Assembly (NCBI GenBank): GCA_947497905.1
Contig: CANMIH010000006.1
Coordinates: forward strand, 82,467-146,466
Direction: 5' to 3'
DNA: 64,000 nucleotides
Source of the DNA: an uncultured Pelagimonas sp.
Lineage (GTDB): Bacteria > Pseudomonadota > Alphaproteobacteria > Rhodobacterales > Rhodobacteraceae
Of the stretch, positions 28,026-38,202 are shown piece after piece. The translations under genes and the position numbers were made by a program. The stretch's first letter is position 1, and every line of letters begins with the position of its first letter. The notes below the pieces were generated by a model that had not been told where the DNA came from, searched no databases, and worked only from the letters and a program-made list of their open reading frames with translations.

Positions 28026-28663
28026 GCAACCGGTGCGCAGAACCGAAGCAGATCTGCGTAGTCAGAGAAGGCCATATCATGCGGCATCTCTGTGACCGGC
28101 GTTTTGCGATACCCCTCGGTATAGAGCGCAAAGCGTACACTCGCACGTTGGGCAGTTTCTGCGTCAACCTCGCTGTCGCCAACATAGAGCGCGCCCTCTG
28201 CCCCCTCTAACGCAGCAAAGAGCATTGCAGGCTCGGGCTTGCGGCTGGCCAATGTGTCGCCTGCAATCACGATGTCAAAGAACGGGGCCAGCCCGGTGTC
28301 ACGCAGAACGGCTTTGGTCGCCGCACCGGGTTTATTGGTGCAAAGCGTCAATCGATGGCCCTGTGCTTTCAGCGCTGACAGCACCTCAATCACACCGGGA
28401 TAAAGCGCCTTTGGGTCGTTGGGATGCGAAGTATAGGCCGCGAGCACGCGATCATACAGCAGGCCCTGCATCGCCTCAGGTTGCTCAAGATGCGCCAAAA
28501 GCTTGCTGATCAGCGGCGGCAAACCGTGGCCAACAAAGCTGCGCAGGGTGGCGATGTCCACCGCAGGCAGATCCATCTCGGTCAGAACCGTGTTCACCGC
28601 GTGATGCATATGCGGCACGCTGTCGATCAGCGTGCCGTCCAGATCAAAGGCAATGGTGGTCAT
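28022..28663 (-). CDS. gph: Phosphoglycolate phosphatase (HAD family)
   Basis: The DLDGTL motif and its operon with rpe. Confidence 0.8.
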   Translation of the reverse strand: MTTIAFDLDGTLIDSVPHMHHAVNTVLTEMDLPAVDIATLRSFVGHGLPPLISKLLAHLEQPEAMQGLLYDRVLAAYTSHPNDPKALYPGVIEVLSALKAQGHRLTLCTNKPGAATKAVLRDTGLAPFFDIVIAGDTLASRKPEPAMLFAALEGAEGALYVGDSEVDAETAQRASVRFALYTEGYRKTPVTEMPHDMAFSDYADLLRFCAPVA

Positions 28664-29337
28664 GCCACCGAAGCGCGGATGGCGCGCATGTTTTCGCCGT
28701 AGACTTCGGGGTTCTCAACCGAGCCACCCCGGAACACCGCCGAACCGGCCACCAGCACATCGGCGCCAGCCTCAACAACCAGAGGTGCAGTTTTCGGGTC
28801 AACACCGCCGTCGATTTCGATATGCACCGGGCGGTCGCCGATCATCTCGCGCAGGGTGCGGATCTTGGTTGTCATGTCGATGAACTTCTGCCCGCCAAAG
28901 CCGGGGTTCACGGTCATCACGCAAATCAGGTCGGTGAGATCCAGCAGATGCGCCACAGCCTCGGCCGGCGTGCCGGGGTTGAGCGCCACGCCTGCTTTCA
29001 TGCCCGCACCACGAATGGCTTGCAGGGTGCGGTGGATATGCGGGCAGGCCTCAACATGCGCGGTCAGCACATCGGCACCAGCATCGGCATAGGCGTCGAT
29101 GTACGGATCGACGGGTTCGATCATCAGGTGCACATCCATGACGGTTTTGACGTGTTTACGAAAGGCTTTGACCGCGGGCGGACCAAAGGTCAGGTTCGGC
29201 ACAAAATGCCCGTCCATCACGTCTACGTGGATCCAATCCGCGCCCTGGGCTTCGATGGCCTGAATTTCGCGACCGAAATCGGCGAAATCTGCGGAAAGAA
29301 TGGAAGGGGCGATTTTGATCGAGCGATCGAAACTCAT
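28660..29337 (-). CDS. rpe: Ribulose-phosphate 3-epimerase
   Basis: [10 protein letters not shown] and [12 protein letters not shown] motifs. Start chosen at MSFDRS. Confidence 0.93.
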   Translation of the reverse strand: MSFDRSIKIAPSILSADFADFGREIQAIEAQGADWIHVDVMDGHFVPNLTFGPPAVKAFRKHVKTVMDVHLMIEPVDPYIDAYADAGADVLTAHVEACPHIHRTLQAIRGAGMKAGVALNPGTPAEAVAHLLDLTDLICVMTVNPGFGGQKFIDMTTKIRTLREMIGDRPVHIEIDGGVDPKTAPLVVEAGADVLVAGSAVFRGGSVENPEVYGENMRAIRASVA

Positions 29338-29409
29338 GGGCTGTCCTTTCAGTACATGACTGCGGTGCGCCTGACCCCGGACGGACGGGGCCAGTTCCTG
29401 CACAGGCCT

Positions 29410-30342
29410 CTAGTAGCCTGCGTTGCGATCCACAAGGTGCAACAGCGTCTCACCTGCCTCGCTGCGCTGGATATTTGCTGCAATTGCCCGCGATGCACTA
29501 CTCGGCCGGGTGGTTGAGGCGATATGGGGCGTGACAGTGACCTTTGGATGGACCCAATAGGGGTGGTCCTGCGGCAAGGGTTCCACACGAAACACATCCA
29601 GTGTCGCATGTCCCACCTGACCGCTGCCAAGCGCCGCCAAAAGCGCGTCATCATCAATAAGCGGTCCGCGACCGGGGTTGATGATCGCAGCGCCCGGGGC
29701 GAGCAGAGCCAGCCGCTCAGCGTTCAGCGCGTTTTCTGTGGCAGGCGTATCAGGTAACAAAAGTACAACAATCTCGGCACCGGTGAGAGCCTGCACCAGG
29801 CCCGCCTCGCCATGCCGAGAGGTGATGCCATCGATCTGCTTGGGCGAGCGGCTCCAGCCGGTGACTGGAAATCCGAGGCGTGCCAGGGCCTGACCACAGG
29901 CGCTGCCAAGGGTGCCGAGGCCAAGGATGGTCACGGGGCGGTCGGCGGAGACCGGCGGCGGTGTGGCGTCCCAGATGTGATCTGGGTTCACGATATGCGC
30001 GTCCATGCCAAGGTGGTGTCGCAACACATGGCCGGTGACCCATTCGATCATCCCTTGCGTCAGTCCGCCTTCGTCAACCATGCGCGTCAACGGGACCTTA
30101 AGAGTCTCATTGCCGACGACGTTTTCGACCCCGGCCCAGAGATTCAACACGGCTTTCAGACGGGTATAGGGGGCGAAATCCTGAACATCTGAATTGGGCG
30201 CATACACGATATAGTCGACCTCAGCAGGCGCCATGTCCGTGCCAAGGGAATAGTTTAAGCCATGGGCATCTAGAGCGGCCCGCAATGGCGCTTCATATTC
30301 GTCCCAACGCTCGGACTTGGCGGCAAACAAGATATTGATCAT
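29410..30342 (-). CDS. D-isomer-specific 2-hydroxyacid dehydrogenase (glyoxylate/hydroxypyruvate reductase A-like)
   Basis: GLGTLG NAD-binding motif and a catalytic HIAS region. Confidence 0.8.
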   Translation of the reverse strand: MINILFAAKSERWDEYEAPLRAALDAHGLNYSLGTDMAPAEVDYIVYAPNSDVQDFAPYTRLKAVLNLWAGVENVVGNETLKVPLTRMVDEGGLTQGMIEWVTGHVLRHHLGMDAHIVNPDHIWDATPPPVSADRPVTILGLGTLGSACGQALARLGFPVTGWSRSPKQIDGITSRHGEAGLVQALTGAEIVVLLLPDTPATENALNAERLALLAPGAAIINPGRGPLIDDDALLAALGSGQVGHATLDVFRVEPLPQDHPYWVHPKVTVTPHIASTTRPSSASRAIAANIQRSEAGETLLHLVDRNAGY

Positions 30343-30749
30343 GCGGCAAAAACTTTGGTCATATCGTTGAACCCTTTGATTTCGATCGGATTGCCCGCAG
30401 GGTCGTGGAAGAACATGGTGTGCTGCTCTCCCGGAGTGCCCTCAAAGCGGGTGGTTGGCGCGATGGTGAAGTCTAACCCGGCGGCGGTCAATTGCTCTGC
30501 AAGCCGATGCCACTGATCAGTGGGCAAAATGACCCCGAGGTGTGGCATGGGCACCATGTGCGCGCCGACTTTGCCCGAGTTGGTGGTCTGAAACACCGGG
30601 CCAAGGTGCAGGCTAATCTGATGCCCGAAAAAGTTGTAATCGATCCAGCTGTCGGTGCTGCGCCCTTCCTCGCACTTCAGAACACCGCTGTAAAAGCTGC
30701 GAGCGGCGTCGAGATCGTCAACGTGATAGGCAAGATGAAACAGGCTCAT
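30339..30749 (-). CDS. VOC (glyoxalase/dioxygenase) family protein
   Basis: 136 aa with a FHLAYHV start typical of the VOC fold. Confidence 0.7.
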   Translation of the reverse strand: MSLFHLAYHVDDLDAARSFYSGVLKCEEGRSTDSWIDYNFFGHQISLHLGPVFQTTNSGKVGAHMVPMPHLGVILPTDQWHRLAEQLTAAGLDFTIAPTTRFEGTPGEQHTMFFHDPAGNPIEIKGFNDMTKVFAA

Positions 30750-30813
30750 GAAAGGCTCCGGTCTGGTTGTGTGAGCCAGAGATATGCGGAGACTGGAAAA
30801 TAGGTTAGCTTAT

Positions 30814-30833
30814 TTATGTATCTTCAAACATAA
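30814..30833. promoter_or_regulatory. Candidate LysR-type operator TTATGT-N8-ACATAA in the divergent promoter region
   Basis: Inverted repeat read directly. It is AT-rich and ends 9 nt upstream of the LysR gene start. Confidence 0.4.
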
Positions 30834-30841
30834 GAAAATCT

Positions 30842-31672
30842 ATGGATTTGAGATTTATCGAAACACTGGTTGCTGCTGTGGATGCGGCATCTCTGGCGGC
30901 GGCGGCACGGAGATTGGGGGTGACACCGGCGGCGGTGGCACAGCGCATTGCAGCGTTGGAGGCTGAGTTGCAGGTTTCGCTGATCCAGCGCGCCGGACGT
31001 GGGATGGTGGCGACGCCGGACTGTGAGGTTCTGTTGCCAGAATTTCGCAAACTGCTCGCCATCCGCGCCGGACTATCCGGCGTGCTGTCTCAGGATCAAC
31101 TGCAGGGCATTCTGCGGTTTGGCGCTGTGTCGACGGCACTTGGGGATTATGCCGCCGATCTTGTGCGCGGGATGGAGGCGCAGGCCCCACGGGTCGACCT
31201 AAGGCTGGTCCCCGGCGCGTCGGCGGATCTGTATCAACAGATGATAGAGGAAAACCTTGATGCGGCCCTTTTGGTTGAACCGCCGTTTGAGCTTCCCAAA
31301 AGTCTCGATTTCATTCCCATCGTGCAGCAGCCGATTGGCTTATTGCGCCCCGCGCTGGGCGAGCAGGACTTGCCGTTTTTGATCTATGCGCGTGAAGCCT
31401 GGGGTGGGGCAGCCTGTCTGAAAGTGCTGCACAGGCACGACGAAACCCCGCGTATCTTATGTGAGATGGATTCGCTGGAAACCATTGCCCAGCTTGTCGA
31501 AGATGGGGTCGGACAGGCTGTGGTCCCGCAATGGGCGGGGTTGATGCGACGCCATCCGGACCTGCAGTTTACGCCACTGGGAGACGCACGGCGTTGTCTC
31601 GGATTGCTCAGATGGCAACGAGATGCGCGTCGTCCGGTGCAGCAGGTTCTGCAGCAGATCCTTGCGAGCTAG
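30842..31672 (+). CDS. LysR family transcriptional regulator
   Basis: N-terminal wHTH (AAARRLGVTPAAVAQRIAALE). Confidence 0.88.
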   Translation: MDLRFIETLVAAVDAASLAAAARRLGVTPAAVAQRIAALEAELQVSLIQRAGRGMVATPDCEVLLPEFRKLLAIRAGLSGVLSQDQLQGILRFGAVSTALGDYAADLVRGMEAQAPRVDLRLVPGASADLYQQMIEENLDAALLVEPPFELPKSLDFIPIVQQPIGLLRPALGEQDLPFLIYAREAWGGAACLKVLHRHDETPRILCEMDSLETIAQLVEDGVGQAVVPQWAGLMRRHPDLQFTPLGDARRCLGLLRWQRDARRPVQQVLQQILAS

Positions 31673-32808
31673 CGTGGACGATGGACATGGGCGCTTTGTA
31701 CCAGTCCAAAGGCCAGCATGAGCACCAACATCGCCGATCCGCCATAGCTCACCATGGGAAGCGGTACGCCAACCACGGGGGCCAGTCCCATCACCATCGA
31801 CATGTTGACTGCAAAGAACAGGAAGAACGTCAAGGCGATGCCAAGGATCAGCAAAGACGAAAACCGGTCTCTGTTTTGCAGCGCTGAGGCGGCACAGAAG
31901 ATCAGGATCAGGACATAAAGCACCAACAGAGACACACCGCCGACAAAGCCGAACTCTTCGGCCAATGTGTTGAAAATAAAGTCCGTGTGTTTCTCGGGAA
32001 GAAAGTTCAGACGCGATTGGGTGCCCTGCATGAAGCCTTTGCCGGTCCAGCCACCAGACCCCATGGCAATCTTGGCCTGCGTGATGTTGTAACCCGCCCC
32101 CAAAGGGTCTGAGCTTGGATCAAGAAAGGTATCAATCCGCTTGTACTGATAGCCCTTTAAAAGCTGCCAGTCTTTTCCTCGGCTGTAGAAAACCAGCCAG
32201 ACTGCGCCCACGCCCGCACCGATCACCGTGGCGAAATAGGCCAGATGCACGCCAGCAAGAAACATCATCACGCCCCCGGCGATCATCAGCAAAAGCGCCG
32301 TGCCCAGATCGGGCTGGGTCAGGACCAAAAGGGTGGGCGCGAGGATCAGTACAACGGGCAGCAACACCCAAAGGGGACGTGAAGTTTTATTGAGTGGCAG
32401 CCAGTCGTAATAGGCCGCGAGAAGCATCACCAGAGCGATTTTCATGACCTCGGATGGCTGTAATCGCATAAATCCCAGGTCGATCCAGCGCTGAGCCCCC
32501 ATGCCAACGGCGCCAAAAAATTCGACCATAATCAACAGTCCCAGCGCGCCGAGATAGGCCAGAACCGCCATATTGCGCCAGAACCAGATCGGGACCAGAG
32601 CCACAAACATCATCGCGCCAAGCCCGAGGACAAAGCGTTTCATCTGAGGTTCGGCCCAGGGGCTGAAAGAGCCGCCCGCCACCGAGTACAGCATCAGAAA
32701 CCCGACGCTTGCCACGGCCGTCAGCAAGAGAACCAGCGGCCAGTTCAGGTGCAGGATTTTGCGCCATCCAGTTGGAACAGTTTTGACGTTATGCTCGAGA
32801 TAGGTCAT
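31669..32808 (-). CDS. rodA: Rod-shape-determining SEDS protein RodA
   Basis: 379 aa polytopic FtsW/RodA-family protein, downstream of mrdA. Confidence 0.92.
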   Translation of the reverse strand: MTYLEHNVKTVPTGWRKILHLNWPLVLLLTAVASVGFLMLYSVAGGSFSPWAEPQMKRFVLGLGAMMFVALVPIWFWRNMAVLAYLGALGLLIMVEFFGAVGMGAQRWIDLGFMRLQPSEVMKIALVMLLAAYYDWLPLNKTSRPLWVLLPVVLILAPTLLVLTQPDLGTALLLMIAGGVMMFLAGVHLAYFATVIGAGVGAVWLVFYSRGKDWQLLKGYQYKRIDTFLDPSSDPLGAGYNITQAKIAMGSGGWTGKGFMQGTQSRLNFLPEKHTDFIFNTLAEEFGFVGGVSLLVLYVLILIFCAASALQNRDRFSSLLILGIALTFFLFFAVNMSMVMGLAPVVGVPLPMVSYGGSAMLVLMLAFGLVQSAHVHRPR

Positions 32809-34724
32809 GCGCGTGTGCCGCCGTTGCGGGCACGTTCCGCCCGTTCGCGATTAAGCTTTTTCTGTTGGTCTTCGATGCGACGGCGATCTTTGGTCGGATA
32901 GGCCTCAAGCGGCGGGTCGCCTTTATAGAGTGCCTGCAGCGTAACGTCCCGCGCAATAGGGGCCGCAGCTTTCGAACCACCGCCGCCGTGTTCGACCACT
33001 ACAGAGACCGCAACCTTGGGATTGTCGTAGGGGGCGAAGTCGACAAACAGTGCGTGATCTCGCTGAGCCCAGGGCACTTCGTCGTTGTTCACCCGGTTCG
33101 AGGACACCTGTGCGGTTCCGGTTTTGCCTGCCATACGCATGCCATCGGCAATGATACGTGACCGATAGGCCGTACCGCGGCGATCATTGCTCACGGCGTA
33201 CATCCCCGCGCGCACCTGATCGAGATGATCGGGATTGATGCCAAGATCCTCGCCAGAGAGAGAGGGGGTCTCGACCCCGTCGATGGATTTCACCAGTCGA
33301 GGCGAGATGCGGCGCCCCGTGGCGATCCGGGACATCATGACGGCCAGTTGCAGGGGGGAGGTCAGAACAAACCCCTGACCAATTGAGGCGTTTACGGAAT
33401 CCCCGATTACCCACTCGGCGCCCCGTTCGCGCAGCTTCCAACCTTTGTCAGGCATCAGGCCGCTGGTAACGGCGGACATTGGAACATCAGGGCGCATACC
33501 CAGCCCAAGTTTCCGCCCCATCGCAGCGATGTTTTCGATGCCGACCTTCAGCGCAAGCTCGTAGTAATAGACGTCACAGCTCTCGCGTAGAGACTGCTGG
33601 AGGTTCATCGCTCCATGCCCGGATCGTTTCCAACAGCCAAAATCGCGCGAGCCAACCTCGAGCTTGCCAGAGCAATAATAGGTGTCTTCCGGTGTGACGA
33701 CACCCGCCTCAAGTGCGGCCAGCGCAGTGACCATTTTGAACGTCGATCCCGGGGGATAGGCATCCTGAACGGTCTTAGAGGCCAGGGGCCGGTGGTCGTT
33801 GTTCAAAAGCGCGTTGTAATCGGTGCTTGAAATGCCATGCACAAAGCTATTGGGATCAAATGATGGCGCCGAAGCGATAGCCAGCAGGTCGCCCTTTTCC
33901 AGATCCATCACCACGACACTTGCGGATTCTTCGCCCAATCGAGCGTGAACGTAATCTTGCAACTCGCTGTCGACGGTCAGCTGAACATCCGCACCGGCCT
34001 CGCCTTCGCGGCGGTCGAGTTCCCGAATGATCCGTCCACGTGCATTCACTTCGACCTGTTTGGTGCCCGCGTTGCCCCTCAGATCGTCTTCGTACTTCGA
34101 CTCGACCCCAATCTGACCAAACTGGAAATCGGGAATGCGCAACACAGCGGGTGGATTCTCATATCGTTCCAGATTGCGCGGGCGCACCTTGGCGACATAG
34201 CCTGCGACATGCACAAAAAGATCGCGCTGGGGGTAGATGCGGCTTTGTCCGACGTCGGCGGAAATGCCGGGCAGGGCGGGCAGGTTGGCGCTGACGCGGC
34301 TGACAGCGTTCCAGCTCACCCGGTCGGCAAGTGTGACCGGATGAAATGACGCCGCGCCTTTCATCGCTTCCATCGCACGGTTTAGATCGCTTTCGTCCAG
34401 TTCCACCAGTTGCGACAACCGCCCAATGACCTCGTTCACATCTTCGGCGTCTTCTGGAACCAGCGTGATCTTATAAGTCTGTTCGTTTTCGGCGATCACC
34501 TTGCCATTGCGGTCAAAAATCCGACCGCGTGCCGGTGGGATAAGACGCAGAGAGATGCGGTTTTCTTCCGCCAGAAGACGAAATTCATCCGCCTGATCGA
34601 CCTGCAGATAGCGCATGCGCATGGCAAGTGCGCCACCAAAGGCGAGCTGTGCGCTCCCGAGAAGTAAGGCACGTCGGCTGATGCGCTGAGCGCTTTCCTG
34701 AGTTTCGCTTTGTGACCGTCTCAT
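32805..34724 (-). CDS. mrdA: Penicillin-binding protein 2
   Basis: STFK, SCD and KTGT transpeptidase motifs. Confidence 0.93.
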   Translation of the reverse strand: MRRSQSETQESAQRISRRALLLGSAQLAFGGALAMRMRYLQVDQADEFRLLAEENRISLRLIPPARGRIFDRNGKVIAENEQTYKITLVPEDAEDVNEVIGRLSQLVELDESDLNRAMEAMKGAASFHPVTLADRVSWNAVSRVSANLPALPGISADVGQSRIYPQRDLFVHVAGYVAKVRPRNLERYENPPAVLRIPDFQFGQIGVESKYEDDLRGNAGTKQVEVNARGRIIRELDRREGEAGADVQLTVDSELQDYVHARLGEESASVVVMDLEKGDLLAIASAPSFDPNSFVHGISSTDYNALLNNDHRPLASKTVQDAYPPGSTFKMVTALAALEAGVVTPEDTYYCSGKLEVGSRDFGCWKRSGHGAMNLQQSLRESCDVYYYELALKVGIENIAAMGRKLGLGMRPDVPMSAVTSGLMPDKGWKLRERGAEWVIGDSVNASIGQGFVLTSPLQLAVMMSRIATGRRISPRLVKSIDGVETPSLSGEDLGINPDHLDQVRAGMYAVSNDRRGTAYRSRIIADGMRMAGKTGTAQVSSNRVNNDEVPWAQRDHALFVDFAPYDNPKVAVSVVVEHGGGGSKAAAPIARDVTLQALYKGDPPLEAYPTKDRRRIEDQQKKLNRERAERARNGGTRA

Positions 34725-35260
34725 GTCTTGCGTCCTGAATGGTCTGTCTCACCGGGTCCCGTGCGGCGAATGCCGAAGGCAATATAGCTGAGGCCAACCA
34801 CCAGGGGATAGGCCGCAACTGTCATACCATATTGCATAGCCCACAGCGAAAAGGCTCCGGTTTCCACAAGCAAAATCGATAAGACCATCCGATAGGCAAG
34901 AAACAGCGTAAACATGGCCCCGGCCATGGTGACCCACTCGGCGGCAAAGGTGTTTTCGCGCACCTGCCGATCGCGTTTCTTTAGCCACTCCGAGAGCAAG
35001 AGAACCAAAAGTGTCCAGAGGCCGGGAGGGCGATGCAGCAGAAAATCGGCCAGTAGAAATACGGCCGCTATCGAGAGCATGGGAACATATTCTGGCCGTC
35101 GCAACGCCCAGGCGAAGGTCATCGCGACGAGGAAATCAGGACCGACCCACGACTGGGGCGTCGTTTTCAAGGGCAGCAGATTTGCAAACATAAACAGCAG
35201 CGCGAGCATCACATAGCTTGCTCGGAGCAGCCAGAGATGCGCTGCGTTCTTTTCAGCCAT
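34721..35260 (-). CDS. mreD: Rod-shape-determining protein MreD
   Basis: Polytopic membrane protein between mreC and mrdA. Start chosen at MAEKNAAHLW, overlapping the mreC stop. Confidence 0.8.
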   Translation of the reverse strand: MAEKNAAHLWLLRASYVMLALLFMFANLLPLKTTPQSWVGPDFLVAMTFAWALRRPEYVPMLSIAAVFLLADFLLHRPPGLWTLLVLLLSEWLKKRDRQVRENTFAAEWVTMAGAMFTLFLAYRMVLSILLVETGAFSLWAMQYGMTVAAYPLVVGLSYIAFGIRRTGPGETDHSGRKT

Positions 35261-36173
35261 CGTTGGGCTCGTCGGGCAGGGGCTCAGGTAGCGGGTCACC
35301 AGCATCTGGTAAGTCGCGTGGCAGGATAAGGCCTGAGGCGGATTCGACACGACGGGCCCCGTGATCACGCAGGACACGCAGGAACTCGAGCCGTTCATAA
35401 TCCGCTGCCAGGCGCGCACGCAACCGCCCGCCCGGATCTTGTGCCACCTGACCAATCAAAAGACCGGGAGGGAACACTTCCCCGTCTCCGGTGGTGACAA
35501 TCCGATCGCCCGGCCGAACCAGATCGGGGTTTTCGAGGAAGTCGATTGGCGGCGCGGCGCTATTGTCGCCGGCAACGATAACCCGTTGACCAGAAGGCTG
35601 AATCTCCGCCGGGATGCGCGAAGTTGTGTCGGTCAGGAGAATGACACGACTGGTGTTGTTGCCCACGCCCGACACTCGACCTACAAGCCCGATCCCATCC
35701 ATCGTGGCCCAGCCATCCACAATCCCGTCTCGCGACCCGACGTTGATCAAAACGGATTGCCGGAAGGGTGAACCTGAATCAGCAAGAACCACCCCGGTGA
35801 TATAGGTCAGGCGGGGGTCGAGCTGGACATTGTTCAGATCCCGCAGGCGGGCGTTTTCCTGACGTAGCTGCAGGGCGGCCTCTTTCCAAGCCGACATTTT
35901 GCGCAGTTCGCGGCGCAGCTCCTGATTTTGTTCATAGAGCTGGTTATAGCTTTGAAAATCGCGAACAATATTGACGCCAGCGGTGACCGGAACCATGGCC
36001 CAATCCATGCGGGGCACAACACTATCAACCACTTGGGCGCGAAAGCGTTCAACCCGGGGGCTGTCGATGCGCCAGACGAGAAACAGCAGGATCAGAAAAA
36101 GCGCAAGCACCACCAAAAGCAGCCGCCGCAGCGGGCCGGTATATGCGTCGCCTGTGCCCCGATCGTAGGCCAC
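35253..36173 (-). CDS. mreC: Rod-shape-determining protein MreC
   Basis: N-terminal transmembrane segment and coiled coil, MreC beta-domains, and operon context. Confidence 0.9.
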   Translation of the reverse strand: MAYDRGTGDAYTGPLRRLLLVVLALFLILLFLVWRIDSPRVERFRAQVVDSVVPRMDWAMVPVTAGVNIVRDFQSYNQLYEQNQELRRELRKMSAWKEAALQLRQENARLRDLNNVQLDPRLTYITGVVLADSGSPFRQSVLINVGSRDGIVDGWATMDGIGLVGRVSGVGNNTSRVILLTDTTSRIPAEIQPSGQRVIVAGDNSAAPPIDFLENPDLVRPGDRIVTTGDGEVFPPGLLIGQVAQDPGGRLRARLAADYERLEFLRVLRDHGARRVESASGLILPRDLPDAGDPLPEPLPDEPNDG

Positions 36174-36248
36174 ATCGTCCCCTTTGGTTTGTACAGTTTG
36201 TCACTTATGTCCGCGTTATCGCACAGTTTGTACAATAAAACGACTGGC

Positions 36249-37352
<1,104 letters not shown>

Positions 37353-37632
37353 TTATAGGACTGCTTAGGCGATTGGGGAAGGGCCGGACTGCATCCAATC
37401 AGCATGAAACCGCCATATCCTGTGAACTTGGTGGCCTTGGGCGAAGGGCAAAGAGGAAGCCAATCGAATCAATGGCAATTTTGCCGGGACTGCGATGGCT
37501 TTGGGTTGTTTTGGTCCTGAGGTGCGCTCGGAAATGGGGTAATTTTGGTGATTTATACCGGATTTCTTTGACTTAGCGTCACTTCAGCGGGACGCTTTAA
37601 GTCTGCACAGTAATATTAAAGAGGACGCTGCC

Positions 37633-38034
37633 ATGAAACGTCTGACTGCCATTCTTTTTTCTTGTCTATTTGCCTTTCCGGCCATTGCCGACAGTTGTTG
37701 GAACCACAATGGATCGGTGATGCGGCTCTCGGCCAGCGGAAACGACCGATGGTTTTCATATGAGCAACCGCGCCAGGCGCTTTACAACTCCGGTGTTTAT
37801 CAAGGCACGTTGTTGTTTAACGGGCGAAAGAACGGCAATTGGTATGCGGGAATGGCGCGGGTGTTTTCTTCGGCCTGTCCTGGCAACCCCTTAGAATACT
37901 GGGTCGAGGGCCCCGTGTTGCAAAACCCGCTGCGGGTGCAAGTTGAAGGCACGCGAGAGGATTACCGCAATTGCCAGCCGACCGGCACAATGACACATGA
38001 CGTGTTGGTCTTCTCATACATGTATAATTGCTGA
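37633..38034 (+). CDS. Secreted Cys-containing hypothetical protein (133 aa)
   Basis: Signal peptide FAFPAIADS, AGAGGA Shine-Dalgarno, and lower GC than neighbouring genes. Confidence 0.55.
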   Translation: MKRLTAILFSCLFAFPAIADSCWNHNGSVMRLSASGNDRWFSYEQPRQALYNSGVYQGTLLFNGRKNGNWYAGMARVFSSACPGNPLEYWVEGPVLQNPLRVQVEGTREDYRNCQPTGTMTHDVLVFSYMYNC

Positions 38035-38202
38035 ACCTTTAAGCTATCTGGGTGCGGCGATCTGAGTCGCACCCAAGACATCGATTGAATAGTCGGTTCT
38101 CTACCGCCCCAAGGTCGTTTTCTGCCCAAACGCGTCGGACAGGGCGGCCCCGTTCCCCCGGACAAGAGTATTGAATGTGGCAAACGTCCGGGAGAGTCCT
38201 TC